A stretch of DNA of 64,000 nucleotides from Candidatus Falkowbacteria bacterium. GTDB lineage: Bacteria > Patescibacteriota > Patescibacteriia > Patescibacteriales > UBA12075. The position numbers and the translations under genes were made by a program. This document shows, in pieces, positions 29,949 through 38,160 of this stretch (positions are counted from its first letter, which is position 1; every line of letters begins with the position of its first letter). The notes below the pieces were generated by a model. It was not told where the DNA came from. It did no database searches and worked only from the letters and a program-made list of their open reading frames with translations. The stretch is from the NCBI GenBank assembly GCA_003514005.1, contig DOSJ01000004.1:37533-101532 (forward strand), read 5' to 3'.

Positions 29949-31064
29949 ATGACAATAAAAAAAGGCTTTTTGTTTGTAGTCGCTTTGACGGCAATAATTT
30001 TTTTTAAAACTGATATTGTTTTCGCGCAAGAAGGTGCGGGGATAAAGATTAGTCCGGTGCGGATTGAAGAGATGGTTGATCCAGGACAGGCACTACACTC
30101 TGAAGTAAGTGTGACTAACGAATCGGGTGAGGCAAAGACATTTTACGTTTATTTGCGCGATTTTAAATCCGAGGGTGAGTCCGGAAGTGCGCGTTTGATT
30201 GAACCGGGGACGGAAGAAGGCAATTATTTGGCGTCTTGGATTGTTATTAGCAATGAAGGGACTTTATTACAATCGGGAGAAACAAAAACGTTTCCTTTCC
30301 AAGTCATTGTTCCGGCTGAAGTCGGTCCGGGGGGGTATTTCGGAGCAATCGTATTTGGAACAGAACCACCACGCATCCAGATGGAGAATGAAGACAAGGG
30401 AGCGGGCATGGCAATCGCCCAGCAAACAGCGTGTTTGGTGTTGTTGCGCGTAAAAGGCGACGTGTATGAAGACGCGCAAATAGTTGAATTTAATACTGAT
30501 AAAGATTTTTATTCTACGCCCTTTTCCGTTGATTTTACGGTTCGGATCGAGAATATCGGCAATGTTCATATCAAGCCGCGCGGTTCAATATCCATCAAAA
30601 ACATGTTTGGGAAAGAGGTCTCAATTGTAAAGATTAATGAAAAAGGCGGTAATATTTTGCCTAAATCAATTAGAAATTTTGGCCAAAATTTTTGGAACGG
30701 AGACAATGCTTTTGGAAAATATACCGCAAGTTTAGGCATTACCTATGGTGTTTCAGCGGATGAAGGCGGACAAGGAAAAAATAGCTTGGTTTCCGTGAAA
30801 ACATTTTGGATTATTCCTTGGCGGATTTTAATCCCGATAACGTTGATTCTTTTGTTTATCAGCGGAACATTTATGCTTTTTATCAGGTTGTACAAGAACA
30901 AGGCAGTGCGAAAAGCCATGGAAAGGGCGGGATTACCTAATGTCCGTTATGTTAAAACGCGAAAAAATTCTTCACCGACTGTGCATTTTATGGTTATCCT
31001 GGTAATCGTATTTATAATGATGTTTATTTTATTGAGTGGATTATATTTCTTGTTTTTTTCTTAA
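29949..31064 (+). CDS. DUF916/WxL-interacting-like (chaperone-like two Ig domains) membrane-anchored protein 1
   Basis: Signal peptide; ISPVRIE..VDPG, LASWI, VPAEVGPGGYFGAI and ENIGNVHIKPRG motifs; C-terminal TM helices. Confidence 0.65.
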   Translation: MTIKKGFLFVVALTAIIFFKTDIVFAQEGAGIKISPVRIEEMVDPGQALHSEVSVTNESGEAKTFYVYLRDFKSEGESGSARLIEPGTEEGNYLASWIVISNEGTLLQSGETKTFPFQVIVPAEVGPGGYFGAIVFGTEPPRIQMENEDKGAGMAIAQQTACLVLLRVKGDVYEDAQIVEFNTDKDFYSTPFSVDFTVRIENIGNVHIKPRGSISIKNMFGKEVSIVKINEKGGNILPKSIRNFGQNFWNGDNAFGKYTASLGITYGVSADEGGQGKNSLVSVKTFWIIPWRILIPITLILLFISGTFMLFIRLYKNKAVRKAMERAGLPNVRYVKTRKNSSPTVHFMVILVIVFIMMFILLSGLYFLFFS

Positions 31065-31068
31065 AATA

Positions 31069-32037
31069 ATGTTTGCAAAAAGAATCAAAATGATAATAAT
31101 CGTAATATTGTTTTTTTCTTGTTTTCGCTTGGTTCAGGCTGAGGAGGGCGGTATTGTGATTAGTCCGTATGTGATTGATGAAAAGGCCAAGGCTTCGGAA
31201 CAGATTGAGAGGATGATAAAGATAAAAAATAATACCGAGTTTAAAGTAGATCTTTATCCGATGGTAAACGACGTATCTTCCGAAGGAGGAAAACAGGAAT
31301 TTATAGATCCGGGAAAATTGGACAAGTCCACTTCATTGGCGCGTTGGATTCGGATACAGCGCGGTGCGATCCAACTTATGCCTGGCGAGGAAACGGAAAT
31401 GCCGTTTAAAATCGAAGTCAATGCCAGCGCGGTTCCGGGCAAGCGATACGCAATCGTTTCATTTCCGGCAGGCGCGAATACCGAGGTAGCGGCTGAAAAT
31501 TTAAAAAAGAACAATACAACTTCGCTTTTAATTAATCTTGAGATAGAAGACGTGTCGGTTGAGAAAGCGCAGTTGATTACCTTTGAAGCGGAGCGGACTA
31601 CTTTTTTTAAATGGCCGGTTAAGTTTAACGCAAGTCTAAAAAATACCGGTACGGTAGATCTTGCGCCAAAAGGTACGATCAGTATTTTTAATCGACGTGG
31701 ACAGTATCTGGAAAAGATTGATGTTAATCCGGAAAATATAAATATTTTATCCGGAGAAACAAAAGATTTTTATATAACTTGGGACAAGAATCGGGGAATT
31801 GGAAAATTCAAAGCTAAATTGGAGCTTGAATATGGCGATAAAGAGAAGCACGATTTAGCGGATACGGTTTATTTTTGGATATTGCCTCTGCCTTTTGTTT
31901 TGTTTTTTATCGGGGGCTTATTTATTTCCGTTTCGGTTTTGGTGTATTATCTTTTTCGCCGGACATATATTCATCATCAGCACAAGCATGAAGATGAGGA
32001 GGAGGATGTTGTGATTAATTTAAGAAAGCTTGAGTAA
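31069..32037 (+). CDS. DUF916/WxL-interacting-like membrane-anchored protein 2
   Basis: ISPYVIDE, SLARWI, AVPGKRYAI and KNTGTVDLAPKG motifs; C-terminal TM; ATG at 31069 preferred over the upstream GTG. Confidence 0.65.
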   Translation: MFAKRIKMIIIVILFFSCFRLVQAEEGGIVISPYVIDEKAKASEQIERMIKIKNNTEFKVDLYPMVNDVSSEGGKQEFIDPGKLDKSTSLARWIRIQRGAIQLMPGEETEMPFKIEVNASAVPGKRYAIVSFPAGANTEVAAENLKKNNTTSLLINLEIEDVSVEKAQLITFEAERTTFFKWPVKFNASLKNTGTVDLAPKGTISIFNRRGQYLEKIDVNPENINILSGETKDFYITWDKNRGIGKFKAKLELEYGDKEKHDLADTVYFWILPLPFVLFFIGGLFISVSVLVYYLFRRTYIHHQHKHEDEEEDVVINLRKLE

Positions 32038-32143
32038 TATTCAATGTTCAATATTCAATAATCAATATACAATATTCATTCAATATTCTAATAATTTGAG
32101 ATTTGAAAAAAATCTTCATTATTTAATACTAATTTTCCCCATT

Positions 32144-32233
32144 TGTCATTCCCGTACCCCTCCGGGCATAAACTCCGGCGGGAATCCAGGGGTTATCGTC
32201 CGAATCTGGATTCCCGCCTACACGAGAATGACA
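32144..32233. repeat. GTCATTCCCG...GGGAATCCAG-type palindromic repeat element
   Basis: TGTCATTC...GGCGGGAATCCAG-loop-CTGGATTCCCGCC...GAATGACA nested inverted repeat. Confidence 0.7.
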
Positions 32234-32283
32234 GAAAAAAATAATTTCCAAGTTTTAATATTTATTGTTATTTTGATTACAGT

Positions 32284-33354
32284 ATGAAAAAAATAGTAGT
32301 TGTATTTATATTTTTGTTAGTATTTATTAATGTTCCGTTTGTTTTTGCGCAAGAGGGGATCACTTTATCCATTACTCCTCCGCTAATCAAAAATAACATG
32401 AATCCGGGGGATATTTGGAAGAGTACGATCAAGGTGGCTAACAATAATCCAGAGGAACATACTATATATGTTGAGGCGGTTGATTTTCGCGCTAAACAAG
32501 AAGATGGCGTGGTTGAATTTTTGTCATCAGAAAAAACTGGCACATCTTCGGAAGGTGTGAGTCCGTTTTTGAGTCAATGGATAGTGCTTGAAGAAAACGA
32601 AGTTGTGATACCGGCATTTGGCAGTCGCGAAATTCCTTATATTATCGATGTCCCGGAGAACGCATCACCTGGCGGGCATTATGCCGCTATTTTGGCGGGA
32701 ACGCGACCGCCGGCAGATAGTGTTAGCGGCTCGGTAATAAAGGTATCATCGCTTTTAGCTTCTTTGGTGCTTTTGAATGTAAAAGGCGATGTCGAAGAAC
32801 GCGGCGTTATCCGTGAATTTGTTTCAGATAAGGTTTTTTATGACAAGACGGATGTTGGGTTCAAAGTGCGCTTTGAAAATTTGGGCAATGTCCATCTTCA
32901 GCCATTGGGAGAAATAAAAATATATGCGCCTTTTAATAAGCTAAAAAATACAATAACCATCAACCACAATTCCGAATTTGGCAATGTACTCCCAGAAAGC
33001 ATTCGCAAATGGGAATTCAATTGGAAGGGAGATAAAAATTTATTGGAAATGGGACGTTATCGCGCCGAGCTGATATTGGGTTATGGCGAAGAAGGCCGCC
33101 AGGCGGATAATCGCGTCATATATTTTTGGGTTATTTATCCAAAACCGGTTATATTTGCTGTGTCAGCAGTTATTATATTTATATTATTAATCACCGTATT
33201 AATTCGTCTTTATATCCGGCGCGCAATCCGAAATACCACCGGTTTGAATACGCAAATAGTCGGCAAAAAATCAGAACCTGCAAAAAAGATATTTTTTAAA
33301 AGGAGTCAGTCAAAGCCAGAAAAAAAAGACGATGTGATTAATTTGAAAAAATAA
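32284..33354 (+). CDS. DUF916/WxL-interacting-like membrane-anchored protein 3
   Basis: ITPPLIK..MNPG, LSQWI, VPENASPGGHYAAI and ENLGNVHLQPLG motifs; C-terminal TM. Confidence 0.65.
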   Translation: MKKIVVVFIFLLVFINVPFVFAQEGITLSITPPLIKNNMNPGDIWKSTIKVANNNPEEHTIYVEAVDFRAKQEDGVVEFLSSEKTGTSSEGVSPFLSQWIVLEENEVVIPAFGSREIPYIIDVPENASPGGHYAAILAGTRPPADSVSGSVIKVSSLLASLVLLNVKGDVEERGVIREFVSDKVFYDKTDVGFKVRFENLGNVHLQPLGEIKIYAPFNKLKNTITINHNSEFGNVLPESIRKWEFNWKGDKNLLEMGRYRAELILGYGEEGRQADNRVIYFWVIYPKPVIFAVSAVIIFILLITVLIRLYIRRAIRNTTGLNTQIVGKKSEPAKKIFFKRSQSKPEKKDDVINLKK

Positions 33355-33360
33355 AAACAA

Positions 33361-34209
33361 ATGCGAAAAACCATTAATTTGAAAAAGAAAAGCCTGATCG
33401 GAAAACGAGAGCTTATAGTAATGATAACTGCCGTGGTTTTGACAACGGCCGGTATCAAAGCAAGCGACACCTTGCTTAATCCAAATGAAAGCGCGGCCGT
33501 ACCGAGCGGACCCTGTGAAGAAAGTATGGTTTTGGTAACGAATAGTTCGGGAAATTTTTGCATAGACAAATATGAAGCTGCTCCGGGAAAAGGCTGTCCG
33601 TACCAAGATCCGTCGAATCAGACCGATACGCGCCTGAATCTTGACTATAGCGATTGCAAGCCGGAATCACGCCCGCAGGCTTTGCCGTGGCGCTTTATAT
33701 CACAGAACCAGGCGGCAATGGCATGCGCAAAAGCCGGAAAACGCTTGCCTACGAATAATGAATGGTTAAGCGCGTCATTGGGAACACCGGATATAAATAA
33801 TTCGTGGAGCACAAATGATTGTCAGGTTGCGAAAAATTGGCAAGTTCAGCCGGGCGCGAGCGGTTCCGGAGAAAACTGCAAATCATCCGCGGGCGCGTAC
33901 GATATGATCGGAAATGTTTGGGAATGGGTGGAAGGGACAGTTAATGACGGGCAATACAAAGAAAAGGCCTTGCCGGAAAGCGGTTTTGTTCTGGGTGTAG
34001 ACGACGAGGCAATGCCAAGCGTAACACGCGCGGAATCCGGAGATGAAAATTATTATAATGATTTTTTTTGGATAAAGCAAAAAGGCATCCGCGGCATGGC
34101 GCGCGGCGGCTACTGGGACAATGCGTCCGATGCCGGACAATATTCGCTATACGTTGTTTCCGAACCGTCTTTTGCCGGTACGGGCGTGGGGTTTCGGTGT
34201 GTTAAATAG
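33361..34209 (+). CDS. FGE-sulfatase (SUMF1/EgtB/PvdO, C-type lectin fold) domain secreted protein
   Basis: FCIDKYE, ACAKAGKRLPT..EW, YDMIGNVWEWV and RGGYW...GFRC motifs. Confidence 0.85.
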   Translation: MRKTINLKKKSLIGKRELIVMITAVVLTTAGIKASDTLLNPNESAAVPSGPCEESMVLVTNSSGNFCIDKYEAAPGKGCPYQDPSNQTDTRLNLDYSDCKPESRPQALPWRFISQNQAAMACAKAGKRLPTNNEWLSASLGTPDINNSWSTNDCQVAKNWQVQPGASGSGENCKSSAGAYDMIGNVWEWVEGTVNDGQYKEKALPESGFVLGVDDEAMPSVTRAESGDENYYNDFFWIKQKGIRGMARGGYWDNASDAGQYSLYVVSEPSFAGTGVGFRCVK

Positions 34210-34299
34210 TGATTAGTTAATTAGTTAATTAGGTGTTTGGAGATGAAAAAGTAATTTTTTAACTCCCTAATTAACTAATCAACTAATTAACTAAACTAT

Positions 34300-34692
34300 A
34301 TGCTACACAAATCAATATCAATCATCCATCAGCTCCGAGTATATTTTTTGCTTGCGATTATCATCGTTTTTTTCGCGTCAGCCGGCATCAATCCCGTTGA
34401 TGTCGGGATTTTTTATGGATCCAAAGTCGGCTCGGCAGTCGGTATGTCGTCCAGTGTAGCGGAAAATCCGTTCAACAAGCTGGCGCTGGATTTGAAGAAC
34501 AAAGAAAACAGCCTAAGCCAGAAAGAGCAGGCCTTGAATGCGAGAGAGGCGGAATTGAATAGCCGCAGCGGACTTAATCAGACGGTTTTGCTGTGGGTGG
34601 TTATTGTTGGAATATTCATATTATTTATTTTGATAATAATCAATTTTATTCTTGATTATCGCAGAAGAAAAAATGAAAAAAATATTTCTTAA
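34300..34692 (+). CDS. Small membrane protein with coiled coil between two TM helices
   Basis: Hydrophobic N- and C-terminal segments; NPFNKLALDLKNKENSLSQKEQALNAREAEL coiled coil. Confidence 0.7.
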   Translation: MLHKSISIIHQLRVYFLLAIIIVFFASAGINPVDVGIFYGSKVGSAVGMSSSVAENPFNKLALDLKNKENSLSQKEQALNAREAELNSRSGLNQTVLLWVVIVGIFILFILIIINFILDYRRRKNEKNIS

Positions 34693-35521
34693 AATATTGA
34701 AATATTTAAGCATTGGTACGGCAGCGATAATTTTGGTTTCGGTTGGGATTGACGCTGCTGATAATTATGACAACATTCCCGAATCGATTTTGGGAAAAGT
34801 GATATTCGGCAAACCGGAAGGTCCTTGTCCCGAAGAAATGGCTTTTATACCATCGGAAAACGGCGGTTTTTGCATAGATAAATATGAAAATTCACCGAAT
34901 GAAAAATGCCAGAACAAAGTCGTGACCAATCAGTCGGAGACCAGGTCAAATCTTGATTACGCGGATTGTTTTCCGGTTTCAGTAAAAAATGCCGAGCCGT
35001 GGCGCTTTATTTCCCAGACGCAAGCGATTGCCGCGTGCGCCAAAGCCGGCAAAAGACTGCCGACTAGCGAGGAATGGTTTGTTGCTTCGCAAGGCAGTCC
35101 TGACAAGAATACTGATTGGGATTCTGATGATTGCCAAGTGGATAACAATTGGCCAAATCAGCCGGGACTTACCGGAACAGGTGAGAAATGCGTTTCGGCA
35201 TTCGGCGCTTTTGACATGATCGGCAATGTTTGGGAGTGGGTAAAAGGTGAAATTAACAATGGCATGCTTGACGGACGCGCTCTTCCCGAATCAGGGTATA
35301 TTATTTCTGCTGACAGCAGCGGTTTACCTACGGAAATAAACAAAGAAAAAGCAGATGAAAATTATAATGAAGACTTTTTTTGGATTAAGAATAATGAAGT
35401 GCGCGGCATGGCTCGCGGCGGATATTGGGAAAATAAGTCTGATGCTGGATTGTATTCTATGTACTTGGTTTCTCCGCCGTCTTTCGCCGGAACCGGCGTC
35501 GGGTTCCGGTGCGCGAAGTAA
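34673..35521 (+). CDS. FGE-sulfatase (C-type lectin fold) domain secreted protein, paralog of 33361-34209
   Basis: Same motifs as the first paralog; ATG at 34673 overlaps the end of the upstream gene. Confidence 0.85.
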   Translation: MKKIFLKILKYLSIGTAAIILVSVGIDAADNYDNIPESILGKVIFGKPEGPCPEEMAFIPSENGGFCIDKYENSPNEKCQNKVVTNQSETRSNLDYADCFPVSVKNAEPWRFISQTQAIAACAKAGKRLPTSEEWFVASQGSPDKNTDWDSDDCQVDNNWPNQPGLTGTGEKCVSAFGAFDMIGNVWEWVKGEINNGMLDGRALPESGYIISADSSGLPTEINKEKADENYNEDFFWIKNNEVRGMARGGYWENKSDAGLYSMYLVSPPSFAGTGVGFRCAK

Positions 35522-35616
35522 TAAAAAATTGAAAGTTGAAAGTATAAAGTTGAAAGTTGTAAAGTTAAATTTTGAAGATCATACTTTATAACTTTTAACT
35601 TTATACTTAGTAAAAA

Positions 35617-37488
35617 ATGTTAAAAAAATTTGTTTTACTATTTATAGTTGTTATCTGCATCTGCGGTTTTCTTTTTGCATCGTATAATTCGGCGAATGCT
35701 TTGTATCGTGCCAGTGATAGGATATCTACTTCCTGGCCCAGTACGGGAGCGAACCATATTTTTGAATTTCGCAATGTTAATGAAATTCCGGCTGGCGGAA
35801 AAATTGTACTTGATTTTGACGATGATTTCATGATTCCAAATGAGATGGATTTATCTGATATTGATTTTACGGTTGCGGATAATTCTAGCGGGCCTTATGT
35901 TGATCGGCAATTGGCAACAACCAGCTCTATTGTTGACGATGGAATTGCGATTGCGACAACAACAAGAATGATAGAGATTCATTTGAATAGCTCGGACGGA
36001 GTTTTAGCGCGCAGATACATGCGGATCATTGTCGGAAATCAAGCCGTTTATGGATCTGTTGGAACAAGAAACATTATAAATCCGGCAGTCGTTGGCTCAT
36101 ATCATATAAATGCGAGAATTTATAATTCAGGGAACAACTATTTGGAGGCTGCTTCAATCATCATCGCCGTTGTTGATCCGGTTGGAATGAGCACATATTC
36201 CAAGACGAGATACTTGGGCGCTTCACCGGTCGGCTGGCTGAATTTTGGTACGACACAAACTATTATGTCTATGACTACAAATTATCCAGCCCGTTGTCGT
36301 TATGCGACTGCTTCAGGCACGCCATATTCAAGCATGACCGAAAGCTTTAATTATGCTTCTACTACGGCATATTATTTTAATCATACGGTTATTTTGGATG
36401 ACTTGGTAAACGGTGGAGATTATTATTATTATGTCCGCTGTACGGACCAATTCGGTGTCCGGGATATTGTTAATGATTGTTTTTATTCCAGTGCTAGTAC
36501 TACGCCGTATTTTACGGCATCCGGCGTCCCTGTTACTTATTTGGAATGCGTTGATTATTATATTCCTTTTTCGATTTCCGGACAAGCAGGCGAAGGCGGT
36601 GGAGTTGACGACGGTGAGGGCGGAGACGACCCGGAAGAAACTGACTCAGGCACCAGTCATGGCGGCGGCACTGGCACAGGCAGCGGTGGTGGAGGAGGCG
36701 GTGGTGTCGGCTCGGCTCCATCGATGTATTTGCCTTACCCCCCACCTCCGGGAGCGCCGGGGGTTGTCTTTACCGGCTGGGCATATCCTGGAAAAGAAGT
36801 AGTTTTTTTGCAGGACGGCGTTGAACAGGGCAGGGTATTGGCAAAACCAGACGCTTCTTTTTCCGCTTATGTCGAGGAGTTGGTTCGCGGAGTATATACT
36901 TTTGGAATTTGGTCAGAGGATTCGTTAAAGCGCCGTTCAAGCACTTTTTCAACCACTTTTTGGCTGGAAGCCAACACCCAGACAACAATATCGGATATTA
37001 TCTTAACTCCGACGATTTCCGTAACTAATTCAGCTGTAACAGCCGGGCAGATGCTGGAAGTTTCCGGACAGACTGTACCGGAAAGTAATGTTGAAGCATG
37101 GCTTTATCCAGAAAAAAATATCAAAGTCCTTGATTTGGAGATTGTAAAAAAAATAGGCTTATCAAGTAAAAACGGAGATTGGTCATTGTATCTGGATACA
37201 AAAGATTTGGATGACGGTGCATATCTGGTAAAAGCGCGTACAACAATAAATGGCAAGGGCACTAGCGATTTTGGAAAAATTTTGAAAATAAGCATTGGCG
37301 CTGCGCCGATTGTAAAAGAAAGCGTATGTTCGGGGGCGGATCTTAATCTTGACGGCAAGGTCAATTTAACGGATTTTTCGATTTTATTATATCATTGGGG
37401 TGGAAGCAATGAATGTGCCGACCAAAACCATGATGGGATTGTCAATCTGACGGATTTTAGTATTATGATGTTCCATTGGACAGGTTGA
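35617..37488 (+). CDS. Secreted multi-Ig protein with Gly-rich linker and C-terminal dockerin-type domain
   Basis: Signal peptide; C-terminal duplicated Ca-binding loops ADLNLDGKVNLTDFSILL and ADQNHDGIVNLTDFSIMM. Confidence 0.8.
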   Translation: MLKKFVLLFIVVICICGFLFASYNSANALYRASDRISTSWPSTGANHIFEFRNVNEIPAGGKIVLDFDDDFMIPNEMDLSDIDFTVADNSSGPYVDRQLATTSSIVDDGIAIATTTRMIEIHLNSSDGVLARRYMRIIVGNQAVYGSVGTRNIINPAVVGSYHINARIYNSGNNYLEAASIIIAVVDPVGMSTYSKTRYLGASPVGWLNFGTTQTIMSMTTNYPARCRYATASGTPYSSMTESFNYASTTAYYFNHTVILDDLVNGGDYYYYVRCTDQFGVRDIVNDCFYSSASTTPYFTASGVPVTYLECVDYYIPFSISGQAGEGGGVDDGEGGDDPEETDSGTSHGGGTGTGSGGGGGGGVGSAPSMYLPYPPPPGAPGVVFTGWAYPGKEVVFLQDGVEQGRVLAKPDASFSAYVEELVRGVYTFGIWSEDSLKRRSSTFSTTFWLEANTQTTISDIILTPTISVTNSAVTAGQMLEVSGQTVPESNVEAWLYPEKNIKVLDLEIVKKIGLSSKNGDWSLYLDTKDLDDGAYLVKARTTINGKGTSDFGKILKISIGAAPIVKESVCSGADLNLDGKVNLTDFSILLYHWGGSNECADQNHDGIVNLTDFSIMMFHWTG

Positions 37489-37666
37489 GAAAGTGCCGAA
37501 TGTCGAGTGTCGAGTGTCGAATTTTAATAACTGTTTATTAATTTTGTTTTCTTATTAATTTATGTTATAATATGTTTATAAATATTTTGTTAATTATTTT
37601 TAAAATTAACACTCGAAATTCGACACTCGACACTCGACATTCGAAAATCGACATTCGAAAATTTCT

Positions 37667-38119
37667 ATGAGTTTTTTAGATAAATTAAAAGTAAAAGTTG
37701 AAGAAAATAAAGACACAAGCGAGATTAAAGACGGTAAAGTTGATAAAAGCGCAGGTTTTATGCAGCTTGAAGTTGATATTTTTCAGACTGCTTCCGATAT
37801 TTTTGTGATTGCTCCAATGCCGGGTGTTGATATCAAGGATGTTGATATAAGTATTGAAAATGAAAACGATGTAGTAACTATCCAAGGCAAAAAAGACCGG
37901 CCTGCGGTAACAGAATTAAGTGAGGAAAAAGATGATGATTCAAAATTTTTGCGCCAGGAATGCAAATGGGGATTGTTTTATCGCCAAATAATTTTACCCC
38001 AAGAGATAAACGTGGCTGAGGTAGAGGCAAAATTTAAAAAAGGCATCTTAATATTAAGATTACCCATGCTTTTGCTCCAGACAAAAGGAAAGAAAAAGAT
38101 TACCATCAACAACGCCTAG
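37667..38119 (+). CDS. Hsp20/alpha-crystallin small heat-shock protein
   Basis: VDIFQT..., PGVDIKDVDISI, ECKWGLFYRQIILP and EAKFKKGILILRLP motifs. Confidence 0.9.
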   Translation: MSFLDKLKVKVEENKDTSEIKDGKVDKSAGFMQLEVDIFQTASDIFVIAPMPGVDIKDVDISIENENDVVTIQGKKDRPAVTELSEEKDDDSKFLRQECKWGLFYRQIILPQEINVAEVEAKFKKGILILRLPMLLLQTKGKKKITINNA

Positions 38120-38160
38120 GATTTTTGTGTAAATATTTAATGTTGAAATTATTTTAAATT

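Noticed and set aside
32030..32287. 85-aa ORF between chaperone-like genes
   Set aside because: It is a translation of a heptamer run plus a palindromic repeat
34080..35521. DGR template/variable repeat pair formed by the similar 3' ends of the two FGE-sulfatase genes
   Set aside because: Differences are mostly synonymous third-position changes involving all bases rather than adenine-specific, both copies are coding, and no reverse transcriptase is in the window
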